A DNA stretch of 64,000 nucleotides, from assembly GCA_963815115.1 (NCBI GenBank), contig CAWFFN010000005.1, forward strand, positions 832,001-896,000. The letters are read 5' to 3'. A model generated the notes under the pieces. The model saw only the letters and a list, made by a program, of their open reading frames with translations. It had not been told where the DNA came from and ran no database searches. The number at the start of each line of letters is the position of its first letter. Position 1 is the first letter of the stretch. A program made the translations under genes and the position numbers. Origin of the DNA: an uncultured delta proteobacterium. Its GTDB lineage: Bacteria; Desulfobacterota; Binatia; DP-6. Positions 28,774 to 41,263 of this stretch are shown piece by piece.

Positions 28774-29307
28774 CTACGCCCCGTCGCGCCCGCGCCAGCT
28801 CTCGCTGCGCACCGGGTCGAGGGGCAGGGTGAGCACCTCGCTCACGAAGAACGACACCACGTAGTGCACGATGTCCATCACCGAGAGGATGCCCACCGGG
28901 CGGTTGCCGTCGTCGACCAGGGGCACGTGCCGGTAGCCGCCCACGCTCATGCGGTGCAGCGCGTAGACGATGGGATCGTCGAGCCGCAGCACCTCGGGCG
29001 CCGCCGTCATGAGCTCGCGCACGGGCCTGGAGAGGTCGACGCCCTCGAGCTTGAGCAGCAGGTCGCGCTCGGTGAGGATGCCGGTGAGGCGGCCGTCCTC
29101 GACGGCGAGCACGCAGCCGACGTGGTGCTCCCGCATGAGCCGAACGGCCTCGTCCAGGCTGGCATCCGGCGCGAGGCACAGGGGAGCGCGCGGACTGAGC
29201 AGGCGGATCGGCTCGCGGATCGTGTCCTGGTCGAGAACCCGCCGGGCGCCGGAGCGCTCGGGTTCTTCGAGGCCGGCCATCTCCTCGTCGGCGATATCGG
29301 AGTCCAT
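28774..29307 (-). CDS. CBS domain-pair protein
   Basis: VGCVLAVEDGRLTGILTERDL and YRHVPLVDDGNRPVGILS; SD GGAGGG. Confidence 0.88.
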   Translation of the reverse strand: MDSDIADEEMAGLEEPERSGARRVLDQDTIREPIRLLSPRAPLCLAPDASLDEAVRLMREHHVGCVLAVEDGRLTGILTERDLLLKLEGVDLSRPVRELMTAAPEVLRLDDPIVYALHRMSVGGYRHVPLVDDGNRPVGILSVMDIVHYVVSFFVSEVLTLPLDPVRSESWRGRDGA

Positions 29308-29501
29308 GGTTCCCTCCGCGGCCAGCGCAGCGAGAGGGCGCTGGACCGTCCTCACCCGAGCACGAGCCGGGTCGAAGTGTCAACGCCGCAGGGCAGCGTC
29401 CCCCAGGCGGTCGAGGCGAGCATCCCGGACCGCGCGGCGGAGTGACGCGCCGAACGGGACCGTGCTTCGTCGTGCGCGCCGCGTGCCACGCGGTGCAGCG
29501 T

Positions 29502-29531
29502 TTGACCCTCGGCCACGGCATTTGCTAGACG
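29502..29531 (+). promoter_or_regulatory. Candidate housekeeping promoter for nuoJ-N
   Basis: TTGACC-N18-TAGACG, with TGC directly before the -10. Confidence 0.4.
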
Positions 29532-29569
29532 CCGCAAGATTTCGGCTCTCCCGACCGAGATCCGCACTC

Positions 29570-30070
29570 GTGTCGACCACCATAGCCGCCTTCTATCTTC
29601 TCGCTGCGTTCATGACGGCGTCCGCGCTGGGCGTCGCCCTGGCGAACAACATCGTCTACTCCGCCTTCGCGCTCATGGGTGCGCTGCTGGGCGCGGCTGG
29701 CATCTTCGTGCTGCTCGGCGCCGACTTCCTCGGCGTGGTGCAGCTGCTGGTCTACGTCGGCGGCATCCTCGTGCTCAGCCTCTTCGCCATCATGCTCACC
29801 CATCGCATCGCCGACGTGCACGTCTCGAACCGCTCCGTCGGGCGCGGCGCCGCCACGGTGCTGGTCGGGCTCGTGCTCGTCGGCCTGATTCGCGTCGCCG
29901 TGCGGGCGACGTGGGTGACGACCGACGTCGCCGCCCCGATTCCGACCACCTACGGGGTGGGGACCGCCTTCTTGACCGACTTCGTCCTGCCGTTCGAGGT
30001 CGCGTCGCTGGTCCTCCTGGTGGCGCTCATCGGCGCCGTCATGGTCTCGCGCAAGGAGCTGGGCAGCTGA
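29570..30070 (+). CDS. nuoJ: NADH-quinone oxidoreductase subunit J
   Basis: NIVYSAF, QLLVYVGGILVLSLFAIML and LPFEVASLVLLVALIGA. Confidence 0.93.
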   Translation: MSTTIAAFYLLAAFMTASALGVALANNIVYSAFALMGALLGAAGIFVLLGADFLGVVQLLVYVGGILVLSLFAIMLTHRIADVHVSNRSVGRGAATVLVGLVLVGLIRVAVRATWVTTDVAAPIPTTYGVGTAFLTDFVLPFEVASLVLLVALIGAVMVSRKELGS

Positions 30071-30381
30071 TGGGCGGGCTGACGGTCCAGCACTTCGTGG
30101 TGCTGAGCGCCGTGGTGTTCTGCCTCGGCCTCTTCTGCGTCGTCACGCGCCGCAACGCGCTCGGGATCTTGATGGGGATCGAGCTCATCCTGAACTCCGC
30201 CAACATCAACTACGTCGCGTTCGCGCGCTACGGCGGCACCGGGTACGACGGGCAGATCTTCGCCATCTTCGTCATCATGCTCGCCGCCGCCGGGGCCGCC
30301 ATCGGCCTCGCCATCGTCCTCGGCATCTACCAGATGTTCGAGACCATCGACGTCGACGCGACGGACCGTCTGCGCGGATGA
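30070..30381 (+). CDS. nuoK: NADH-quinone oxidoreductase subunit K
   Basis: RRNALGILMGIELILNSANIN, GQIFAIF and AIGLAI. Confidence 0.94.
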   Translation: MGGLTVQHFVVLSAVVFCLGLFCVVTRRNALGILMGIELILNSANINYVAFARYGGTGYDGQIFAIFVIMLAAAGAAIGLAIVLGIYQMFETIDVDATDRLRG

Positions 30382-30397
30382 GCCGCACGGGACCCGC

Positions 30398-32476
<2,079 letters not shown>

Positions 32477-32501
32477 CGTCGGAGGGAGCGAGAACGATAC
32501 G

Positions 32502-34046
32502 ATGGAACACTGGTTGCTCACGTTGATGGTCTTCACGCCGCTGATCGGCGCGGTCGTCGTCCTCTGCCTGCCGTCCGGCGTCAAGGATGCCATCCGCTGG
32601 ACGGCGACGGCCTTCACGGTGCCGCCCATGCTGCTCGCGGTCGTGCTCCTGTCGCGCTTCGATCCCAACGGGGGATTCCAGTTCGTGCAGCGCGGCGACT
32701 GGATCCCCGCCTACCACATCCAGTACTTCGTCGGCGTCGACGGCCTCAGCATCACCATGGTCGTGCTCACGGCGCTGCTCTCCTTCCTCTGCATGATCGC
32801 CTCGTTCGGGATCGAGAAGGCGCTCAAGGGCTACTTCGCGCTCTTCCTGCTCCTCGAGACCGGCATGCTGGGCACCTTCGTCGCCCTCGACTTCTTCCTC
32901 TTCTACGTCTTCTGGGAGCTCATGCTGCTCCCGATGTACTTCCTGATCGGCATCTGGGGCGGCCCGCGGCGCGAGTACGCGGCGATCAAGTTCTTCCTCT
33001 ACACGCTCCTCGGCTCGGTCCTCATGCTCGTCGCCATCCTCTATCTCTACTTCACGCCGGACCAGGCGTCGTTCGACATGACGAGACTGGGCGTCCTGGT
33101 GGCGGACAAGATCCCCATCCACGTGCAGACGATCCTCTGGGTGGCGCTCTTCATCGGCTTCGCCATCAAGATCCCGGCCTTTCCGTTCCACACCTGGCTG
33201 CCCGACGCGCACGTCGAGGCGCCGACGGCGATCTCGGTGATCCTCGCCGGCGTGCTGCTCAAGATGGGCACCTACGGCATCCTGCGGATCAACTACGGCA
33301 TCCTGCCGGCCGCCACGCTGGCGGAGTTCTGGGGCGGGCACAGCCTCGCGTTCTGGCTGCTCGCCGCGCTCGGCACCTGGAACATCATCTACGGCGCGAT
33401 CTGCGCCATGGCGCAGCAGGACCTGAAGAAGCTCGTCGCCTACTCCTCGATCAGCCACATGGGCTACGTGATGCTCGGCATGGCGGCGTTCACCGCGCAG
33501 GGGATCAACGGCGCGGTGCTCCAGATGTTCAACCACGGCACCATCACCGCCATGCTCTTCCTGCTCGTCGGGGTGATCTACGACCGGGCGCACCACCGCG
33601 ACATCAACGGCTTCGGCGGCCTCGCCTCGATCATGCCGCTCTACACCGGCGTGACGGGGTTCGCGTTCTTCGCCGCCATGGGGATCCCGGGGCTCTCCGC
33701 GTTCATCTCCGAGGTGCTGGTCCTGCTGGGTGCCTGGCAGGTCTACCCGGCGCTCACCGTGGTGGCGGCGAGCGCCGTCGTGCTGACGGCGGGCTACATG
33801 CTGTGGGCGTTGCAGCGCATGTATCTCGGGCCGCCGAACCCGCGCTACGCCAACACCGGCTGGGAGATCAACGGGCGCGAGCTCTTCACGCTGGTGCCGC
33901 TGGCCGTCATCGTGCTCGTGCTCGGCATCTACCCGAAGATGATCCTCGACCTGCAGAGTCCGGCGCTGGTCAAGCTGGCGGGGCAGGTGGTCCAGGCCGG
34001 TCCGGGCGGCCCGGCGCGGGTGGCGAGGGCGGAGGCGGCTCGCTAG
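32502..34046 (+). CDS. nuoM: NADH-quinone oxidoreductase subunit M
   Basis: FYVFWELMLLPMYFLIGIWG, HTWLPDAHVEAPT, LLKMGTYG and AYSSISHMG. Confidence 0.97.
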   Translation: MEHWLLTLMVFTPLIGAVVVLCLPSGVKDAIRWTATAFTVPPMLLAVVLLSRFDPNGGFQFVQRGDWIPAYHIQYFVGVDGLSITMVVLTALLSFLCMIASFGIEKALKGYFALFLLLETGMLGTFVALDFFLFYVFWELMLLPMYFLIGIWGGPRREYAAIKFFLYTLLGSVLMLVAILYLYFTPDQASFDMTRLGVLVADKIPIHVQTILWVALFIGFAIKIPAFPFHTWLPDAHVEAPTAISVILAGVLLKMGTYGILRINYGILPAATLAEFWGGHSLAFWLLAALGTWNIIYGAICAMAQQDLKKLVAYSSISHMGYVMLGMAAFTAQGINGAVLQMFNHGTITAMLFLLVGVIYDRAHHRDINGFGGLASIMPLYTGVTGFAFFAAMGIPGLSAFISEVLVLLGAWQVYPALTVVAASAVVLTAGYMLWALQRMYLGPPNPRYANTGWEINGRELFTLVPLAVIVLVLGIYPKMILDLQSPALVKLAGQVVQAGPGGPARVARAEAAR

Positions 34047-34052
34047 CGCGTC

Positions 34053-35558
34053 ATGGGTTCGCTCGAGAGTCTGCGCTGGTTCGGGCCGGAGCTCGTGCTC
34101 GCGGCGACGTTGCTCGTCGTCATCGCGGTCGACCTGGTCCGTGGGGCCGAGGGCGGCGAGTGGCCGGGCACGGTGGCCTTCGTCGGCGCCGCGGCCGCGC
34201 TCGTGACGACGCTGTGCCTCCCCGGCGTGATGGGAAGCGGCGGCCTGCTCGGCGCGGTGCCCCAGCACTGGCTGTTCGGCCGCATGCTCGTCCTCGATGC
34301 CTTCAGCGTGTTCTTCAAGCTGCTGCTCGGCCTGTCGCTCCTGGCCGCGGTGTGGATGTCGTTGCGCTCGCCCGAGGTGCGCGGCCGGCCGAACGAGGGC
34401 GAATACCACACCCTGCTCCTCGGCAGCGGACTCGGGATGTTCCTGATGGCCTCGGCGGCCAACCTGCTCACGGCCTACCTGGCGCTCGAGTTCGTGAGTC
34501 TGACCTCCTACGTCCTGACGGGGCACCTGAAGCACAACCGGCGATCGGGTGAGGCGGCGCTCAAGTACCTCATCTACGGAGGCGTCGCGTCCGGGGCGAT
34601 GATCTACGGCATGAGCTGGCTCTTCGGCCTCACCGGCAGCATGGACTACGCGGGCATCGCCGCGGGCCTGGGCCGGCTCGACGCCGGAAGCCGCGGCGCG
34701 CTCTTCGTGGCGCTCCTGCTCGTGCTCTCCGGGTTCGGCTACAAGATCTCGGCGGTGCCGTTTCACATGTGGGCCCCCGACGTCTACACCGGGGCGCCGC
34801 TCCCCGTGACGACGTTCCTGGCCGTCGGCTCCAAGGCGGCGGGCTTCGCCATGCTGCTGCGCTTCTTCGCCTTCGGGATCACGCCGGAGGGTCCGTCGGC
34901 CGCCGTCGCGAGCATCCCGCTGTCCCAGCTGCTGGTGGCGATCAGCATCGCCACCATGACGCTCGGCAACCTGGCGGCGCTCCAGCAGACCAACATGAAG
35001 CGCCTGCTGGCCTACTCGTCGATCGCGCACGCGGGCTATGCGCTGCTCGGCGTCGTGGTCTTTCGCCAGGACGGCATGGACGCCGTGCTGCTCTACCTCG
35101 CCACGTACTACCTGATGAACCTGGGCGCGTTCCTGGTCGTCATGCTGGTCGCGATCCAGACCGGGCGCGAGGATCTCGACGGGTACCGTGGCCTCGCCTG
35201 GCGCGGCGGGGCGCTGCCCGCGGTCACCCTGTCGGTCTTCCTCTTCTCGCTCGCCGGACTGCCGCCGCTGGCCGGGTTTCTCGGCAAGTTCTACGTCTTC
35301 GCTGCCGCCATCCAGGGTCACCTCTACGTCCCGGTCGTCATCGCGGTGCTCAACAGCGTGGTCTCGCTCTACTACTACGCCCGGGTGGTGAAGATGATGA
35401 TCCTCGACCAGCCGGGACCGGACGACCCCCGGGTCTCCTTCCATCCCATCGACCTCGGCGTCGTGAGTGCGCTGTCGCTCGCCACCACGTTTCTCGTCGT
35501 GCAGTTCGGCTGGCTGCTCCGGATCGTCGCGGAGGCCGGCCGGGTGTTCCGGGGGTGA
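34053..35558 (+). CDS. nuoN: NADH-quinone oxidoreductase subunit N (copy 2)
   Basis: EAALKYLIYG, PFHMWAPDVYTGAP and KRLLAYSSIAHAGY. Confidence 0.96.
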   Translation: MGSLESLRWFGPELVLAATLLVVIAVDLVRGAEGGEWPGTVAFVGAAAALVTTLCLPGVMGSGGLLGAVPQHWLFGRMLVLDAFSVFFKLLLGLSLLAAVWMSLRSPEVRGRPNEGEYHTLLLGSGLGMFLMASAANLLTAYLALEFVSLTSYVLTGHLKHNRRSGEAALKYLIYGGVASGAMIYGMSWLFGLTGSMDYAGIAAGLGRLDAGSRGALFVALLLVLSGFGYKISAVPFHMWAPDVYTGAPLPVTTFLAVGSKAAGFAMLLRFFAFGITPEGPSAAVASIPLSQLLVAISIATMTLGNLAALQQTNMKRLLAYSSIAHAGYALLGVVVFRQDGMDAVLLYLATYYLMNLGAFLVVMLVAIQTGREDLDGYRGLAWRGGALPAVTLSVFLFSLAGLPPLAGFLGKFYVFAAAIQGHLYVPVVIAVLNSVVSLYYYARVVKMMILDQPGPDDPRVSFHPIDLGVVSALSLATTFLVVQFGWLLRIVAEAGRVFRG

Positions 35559-36397
35559 GCACGACCGGCGTCCTCTACGTGGTAGCGACGCCGATCGGGA
35601 ACCTCGAGGACGTGACGCTGCGGGCCCTGCGGGTGCTCGCGGAGGTCGACGTGATCGCCGCCGAGGACACGCGGCGCACCTCGATCCTGCTCCGCCACCA
35701 CGGCATCCGGACGCGGCAGGTGAGCTACTACGACGCCGTCGAGCGGCGCCGCACCCCGGAGCTGGTGGAGCGGATGCGGGCCGGCGCGCGGGTGGCGCTC
35801 GTCAGTGACGCGGGCACGCCCGGCATCGCGGATCCCGGCTACCACCTCGTGCGCGGCGCCATCGAGGCCGGCATCCCGGTGGTGCCGGTCCCGGGCGCCT
35901 CCGCGGTGACGGCGCTGGTCTCGGTCGCGGGCCTGCCCGTCGAGCGGTTCGCCTTCGAGGGCTTCCTGGCGGCGCGGGCGGGCGCGCGTGCGGCGCGCCT
36001 GCGCGAGCTCGCGAGCGAGCGGCGCGCGGTGGTCTTCCTCGAAGCGGGTCGGCGGCTCGCGGCGTTCCTGAAGGACGCGGAGGCGGCGCTGGGAGACCGC
36101 GAGGCGGTGATCGGGCGCGAGCTCACCAAGCTGCACGAGGAGCAGCTGCGTGGCCGGCTGGGCGAGCTGCGCGCGCGCGTGGACGCCGGGGAGCCGGTGC
36201 GGGGCGAGGTCACGATCGTGATCGCGGGTGCCGAAGGTCCGCAGCCCGTGGCATCCGACGCCCTCGACGACAGCATCCGGGTGGCACTCGCGTCGGGTCG
36301 CAGCGTGCGTGAGGTGAGCGCTGCGCTCGCGATGCGATTCGGTCTGCCGCGCCGGGAGGTGTACCGCCGCGCGCTGGAGGTGCAGGGGAAGCGGTGA
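35555..36397 (+). CDS. rsmI: 16S rRNA (cytidine1402-2'-O)-methyltransferase
   Basis: LYVVATPIGNLEDVTLRAL, AEDTR, VSDAGTPGIADPG and RELTKLHE. Confidence 0.95.
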   Translation: MSTTGVLYVVATPIGNLEDVTLRALRVLAEVDVIAAEDTRRTSILLRHHGIRTRQVSYYDAVERRRTPELVERMRAGARVALVSDAGTPGIADPGYHLVRGAIEAGIPVVPVPGASAVTALVSVAGLPVERFAFEGFLAARAGARAARLRELASERRAVVFLEAGRRLAAFLKDAEAALGDREAVIGRELTKLHEEQLRGRLGELRARVDAGEPVRGEVTIVIAGAEGPQPVASDALDDSIRVALASGRSVREVSAALAMRFGLPRREVYRRALEVQGKR

Positions 36398-36419
36398 GGG
36401 GCGCTCGCTCGGCATGGCG

Positions 36420-38090
36420 CTAGGAAGGTATGCGAACCGCGGGTGCGCGGCCACGGCGCGCGGGCAGCGGAGGCAAGCGGTCGAACGGCATCGGCGTCGC
36501 GGAGACCCTTCCCCTCACCGTCCGGGCGTCCGGCATCCCACCCGCCGAGGGATGCGCAGCGTCTCGTGGATCCCGCTCCGCGACCCCGTCCCGTTGCGGA
36601 GGGACCGCCTCGGCGAAAGCGTGCCCGCGCCGGCGCGCGTAGGCCCGCAGGTAGAGCCGGGCGTACTCCTGCGCCGCCTGGTCCCAGGAGTGGTCCTGCG
36701 CCATCGCCCGGCGGCGCATCGCATCGACGTGATGCGCCGGACGGTCGTACCACGTCGAGACGGCCCAGCCGATCGTGTCGGCGAGGCTGTCCGGGCGGAG
36801 ATCGTGGAACACGAACCCGGTCCCCGTGCCGCTGCCCTCGTCGTAGTTCGCCACCGTGTCGACGAGACCGCCGGTGGCCCGCACGATGGGCAGCGTCCCG
36901 TAGCGCATGGCTGTAGATCTGGTTCAGGCCGCAGGGCTCGAAGCGCGATGGCATCAGGAAGAAGTCCGCGCCCGCCTCGATGCGATGGGCGCGAGCGTCG
37001 TCGAACGGGAACCAGGCGCAGAACCGATCGCTGTGCGAGCGGGCTCGTGAAGCAAAGAACCGCTCCGCTTCGGGGTCGCCGGACCCGAGCAGGATCAGCT
37101 GGACGTCCCATCCGAGGATCGTGTCGAGCGCGTGGGCGAGGACGTCGACTCCCTTCTGCGGGACGAGGCGGCCGATGAGCGCGAGGATGGGCACCGCGGA
37201 ACGCACCGGCAGGCCGGCCTCCTCCTGCAGCGCCGCCTTGCATCGTGCCTTGCCGGCGAGGTCGTCCGCGGCGAAGTGTGCCGCGAGGTGCGGATCGGTC
37301 GCCGGGTTCCACTCGTCGACGTCGATGCCGTTCAGGATGCCGACGAGATCGTCTCGGTGCTGGGCGAGGACGCCGTCGAGACCGCACCCGTAGTCGGGGG
37401 TCTGGATCTCGCGCGCGTAGGTCGGGCTCACCGTCGTGAGCATGGTGCCGTGGTGGAGCGCGGCCTTCGTGAGGTTCGTCGTGCCGAAGTGCTCGAACTC
37501 GCGGGCATCGTAGTGCTCGGGTCCGAGGCCGGTGATGAAGAACGCCCCGCCGTCGAACACGCCCTGATAGGCGAGGTTGTGGATGGTGTAGACGGTGGCG
37601 CTGCCGTGCAGCGGCTGCGCCCACTCGACCGTGTTGACGTAGACCGGGACGAGCGCCGTCTGCCAGTCGTTGGCATGGATGACGTCGGGGATCAAGCCGA
37701 GCGCCTTCACCAGCTCGAGCGCGCCGCGCGACAGGAAGGCGAAGCGTTCCAGGTTGTCGGGGTAGGCCTCGGGCGGCGGGCCGTAGAGGTGCGGACGATC
37801 GAAGTAGCGGTGATGCTCCAGGAAGTAGATCGGCACCTCGCTACCCGGGAGCCGGCCGAGACGCACCCGGGCGTGCGCCGTCCCGAACCACATGGGCACC
37901 GAGAGGACGCCCTCCAGCAGCTCGAGCTCGGCCACGGCATGCCGGCGTAGAGCGGCATGACCACGCGGACGTCGAGTCCCCGGCGGCGCAGCGCCTTCGG
38001 CAGGGCCCCGATCACGTCGCCGAGCCCGCCCGTCTTGGCGAACGGCGCGCACTCGGGCGTCACGAAGAGGACTTTCAGCGGGGCTGCCAT
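36420..38090 (-). CDS. glgA: Glycogen synthase with two frameshifts (~37935 and ~36910); sequencing error or pseudogene
   Basis: [38 protein letters not shown] and [19 protein letters not shown] are spread over three ORF segments. Confidence 0.88.
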
Positions 38091-38116
38091 GGGTCGAAGA
38101 CCTCCAGGTCGCCGCA

Positions 38117-39702
38117 TCACGATGCGTAGATCCGGTAGTCGATCTGGGGGAAGATGTTGTCCTTGACCTCGATGTCCGCGAGCCAGGTCTCCGTCACCTC
38201 ACCGGCCCTCAGGTCCTGGTACAGGCGGTTGAAGCGCAGGATGTGCTCGTTGATCCGGCGGGTGGCGTAGGGGACCGTGGTCCCGGTGCGCATGATGAAC
38301 GTCCAGTCGCTCGCCTGCGCCAGCATCAGCTCGCGCGCCGCTTGATTGAGAGCGCGGGCGGTGAGCCCGTCGGCCGACGGATGGCGACGCGCCAGCTCGA
38401 CCATGCGCTCGCGCGGCCACGTGCAGGTGGCGGTAGATCCAGGCGTTGCTCTCGTTGAGCCAGTACTCGTTGTAGCCCTTCCACCCCCAGGACGACGCGC
38501 AGGGCGTCGCCACCTGGTTGGTGGGGTGGCGATCGAGGTAGTCCCCCGGCGTGATCGTCTCGATCGTCGTGCTGGTCGAAGTGCAGCTGGCGGAAGAGAT
38601 CGCCGAGGAAGAGCGGTCCCTCGTACCACCAGTGGCCGTACAGCTCGGCGTCGTAGGGGCTGACGATCATCGGCGGGCGATCCATGCCGGCCGCGAGGCC
38701 CTCGGCCTGCCGCTGCCGCGCCTCCGGAAGTGCGCCGCGTGCTCGCCCGGCGCGCTGCCGGGCGATGTCGGGATCGTAGACCCACTTGTCGTGCAGCTGG
38801 TCGTGCGTGATCGCGTGGTACTTGATGCCGGTGTACATGCGGTGGCCCTCGGGATGGATGTACGGGCCGATGTAGTCGAGCGGCAGGTCGAAGCCGATGT
38901 CGCGGTAGAAGTCGCGGTAGTGCCGGTCGCCCGGGTAGCCGTCGCGCGCGCTCCACACCTGGCTCGGAGGACTCGGTGTCGCGCCCGAAGGCGGCCACGC
39001 CGCTACGGCAGTAGAGCGGGGCATAGGCGCCGTAGACGGGCGGCGGTCGGCGAACAGGATCCCGTGCGTGTCGACGAAGAAGTAGCGGATCGCCGCCTCG
39101 CGCAGCAGCTCGTCGACGCCGGGGACGTAGCCGCATTCGCCGAGCCACATGCCCGGCGGACGACGGCCGAAGTGCCGCTCGTACAGGTCGGCCGCGATGT
39201 GCACCTGGGCGCGCAGCGCGGCCCAGTTGCGGTCGAGGAGCGGGAAGAAGGCGTGCGTCGCCGTCGAGGTGATGACCTCGAGCCGTCCCGCCTCCTGCAG
39301 GCGGCGAAGCGCCCGGACCAGGTTGCCCTCGTGGCAGCGCCAGGTGTGGCGCAGCGACTGGAAGCGATCCGAGTACATCTGCGCCAGCCGGTGGTAGTCG
39401 GGTTCCGGACGTGTCCGGTCGAGCTCCTTCTCGGCGAGCTCGATCAGCCGGTCGAGGTGGCGGGCGTAGCGCTCCTTCAGAAGATCGTCGGTGAGCATCG
39501 TGAGGAGCGGCGCCGAGAGCGAGACGGTGCAGCGGTACGGGACCGCGTCGGCGACGAGCCCCTCGAACATCTGCACCAGCGGCAGGTAGGTCCCGGTGAT
39601 GCCCTCGTAGAGCCACTGCTCCTCCATCACCGTCGGGTCCTCGGGATGCCGAACGAACGGCAGGTGGGCGTGCAGCACGAGCGCGAGATATCCGGTAGGC
39701 AT
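38117..39702 (-). CDS. GH57 1,4-alpha-glucan branching enzyme (DUF1957) with about six frameshifts
   Basis: [56 protein letters not shown] and QASDWTF are distributed across frames. Confidence 0.88.
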
Positions 39703-39706
39703 CGGA

Positions 39707-41263
39707 TCACCGTTTCGGTGGCACCGATTCCGCCCTGGTCGTCGGTCCATCCGCAGGATACCCGAGCACGCTCTCGCTCGCTCCTCCCAGGCGGCGCTCG
39801 CTGGCACCGAGGTGCTTCCGCTCGCTCGCGCCACCGGAGAGCCACTGGCTGGCTCCGAGGAAGCGACGTTCACTCGCCCCCTGCAGGCGCCACTCGCTCG
39901 CGCCGGCATAGAGGATCTCGCTGGCACCGAGATAGCGCAGCTCGCTGGCGCCGAGGCGGTAGACCTCGGAGGCCCCGCCCAGCCTGAGCTCGCTTGCCGC
40001 ACGCCAGTGACGCTCGCTGGCGCCGAGCGCGATCTGCTCCGAGCCCCCCGGCGTGCGGCGGTCCCCCCGCGTCGTGAGGTGCGCGGCGCCGCCCGTCTGT
40101 CCCACCCACGACCGATACGTCTCCCAGATGGCCAGCACCTTCCGCTCGGCTCTGGCACCGAGCCCCCGGATCACCACGTGCCAGGGGCCGTAGACGATGT
40201 GGGTCCTGCCGTCCACGGAGCGGACCGTCACCGTGCCGCCGAACCGTTCCTCGATGTACGGCGACGGCTCCACCGGGTAGGGGAACGGGCCGGCGTCCCA
40301 GCTCGTCCGGACGAGGGGCCCTTCCCATTCGAGCTGCTGTGTGCCGGCCCAGTCGAACACGCTCTCCCACCCGGTCCCGAAGCTCTCGTCGCGGAGAATC
40401 CACTCGCCGTCCGCCCCCGCGTGCGTGCGGCGAATGTCCCAGACGCGCACGGGCTCGACGTGGGCGGTCAGCCCGCGCGCGGTGGGGACGACCGCGGGCG
40501 TCCGGCCGTCCGCGGCCGGCTCGCCGACCTCGCCGGTCCTGGCGTGGACCGTGAGCCATTCGACTCCGCCGGGAGCTACCGGCTCCGCGCGCGGGAAGTC
40601 CGCCCGGCCGGAGCGCGTGATACGGACGAAGTAGCCCTCCTGCGACTTGAGGCCGAGCTCGATGATGGCCGTGGACGTCGGCTTGCCGATGAAGAAGAAC
40701 CACTGCCGGTCGGTTCGCGACACCGACTGATCGAAGTAGCCGTGGGCGTTGGTCCCGTCGAAGATGCGGTTCGTGACGTCGTAGACGCGGAGGTTGAGCC
40801 AGGCGTCCTGCCCGCCGCGGCCCAGACCTGCCCGGGCTCGCTCGATCGCCTCGTCGGTCACCTCCCAGTAGACGTAGAGCCGCTCGGGATCGACGACCAT
40901 GGCCGTGACACGGTCCTGTCCGTATCCCCACGGAATCCGCCCTGCCTCGACCGCCGTCTCCGCCGGGCGCCCGAGGTCGAATTTGTGCGGACGATCGGCG
41001 GGCTCCCGCGCCTCGGCTCCTGCCAGGAGCGCAAGTCTCTGGAAGGCCTGCAGGAATTGGGTGGCGAGCGCATCCTTGGTGAGCCGGTGGATGCCGGTGA
41101 GACCGAGGTAGCGGGCACCTTCCAGTAGCTGACGGCGCGTGTGTCGCAGGACGGCGTCGAGCGACGGCGTCGAGAACCCGGGGCCTGCGTCGTCACGGGT
41201 GACGCCGAGTAGCTCCCGGATTCGGGAGAGAATCGTTTCGGGCGACGAGAATTCCTGCGGCAT
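39707..41263 (-). CDS. DUF4912 domain protein with C-terminal 8-aa GASE repeats
   Basis: PWGYGQDRVTAMVVDPERLYVYWE, LRVYDVT and ELG. DUF4912 genes are typical neighbours of GH57 branching enzymes. Confidence 0.8.
   Translation of the reverse strand: MPQEFSSPETILSRIRELLGVTRDDAGPGFSTPSLDAVLRHTRRQLLEGARYLGLTGIHRLTKDALATQFLQAFQRLALLAGAEAREPADRPHKFDLGRPAETAVEAGRIPWGYGQDRVTAMVVDPERLYVYWEVTDEAIERARAGLGRGGQDAWLNLRVYDVTNRIFDGTNAHGYFDQSVSRTDRQWFFFIGKPTSTAIIELGLKSQEGYFVRITRSGRADFPRAEPVAPGGVEWLTVHARTGEVGEPAADGRTPAVVPTARGLTAHVEPVRVWDIRRTHAGADGEWILRDESFGTGWESVFDWAGTQQLEWEGPLVRTSWDAGPFPYPVEPSPYIEERFGGTVTVRSVDGRTHIVYGPWHVVIRGLGARAERKVLAIWETYRSWVGQTGGAAHLTTRGDRRTPGGSEQIALGASERHWRAASELRLGGASEVYRLGASELRYLGASEILYAGASEWRLQGASERRFLGASQWLSGGASERKHLGASERRLGGASESVLGYPADGPTTRAESVPPKR
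39760..40050 (-). repeat. Twelve tandem 24-bp (8-aa) GASE-x4 repeats
   Basis: GGSEQIAL GASERHWR AASELRLG GASEVYRL GASELRYL GASEILYA GASEWRLQ GASERRFL GASQWLSG GASERKHL GASERRLG GASESVLG. Confidence 0.9.

Noticed and set aside
23920-29436. 11-bp inverted match (CGCGCGGTCCG / CGGACCGCGCG) near the ends of the nuoI-nuoJ insert
   Set aside because: Short and almost all GC, likely chance; no transposase nearby.
29511-29526. Sigma-54-like GG..TTTGC upstream of nuoJ
   Set aside because: GG to GC spacing is 11 nt, not the required 10.
39760-40050. 24-bp periodic repeats as a CRISPR array
   Set aside because: They are in-frame coding repeats with synonymous variation, units are too short, and no cas genes are present.
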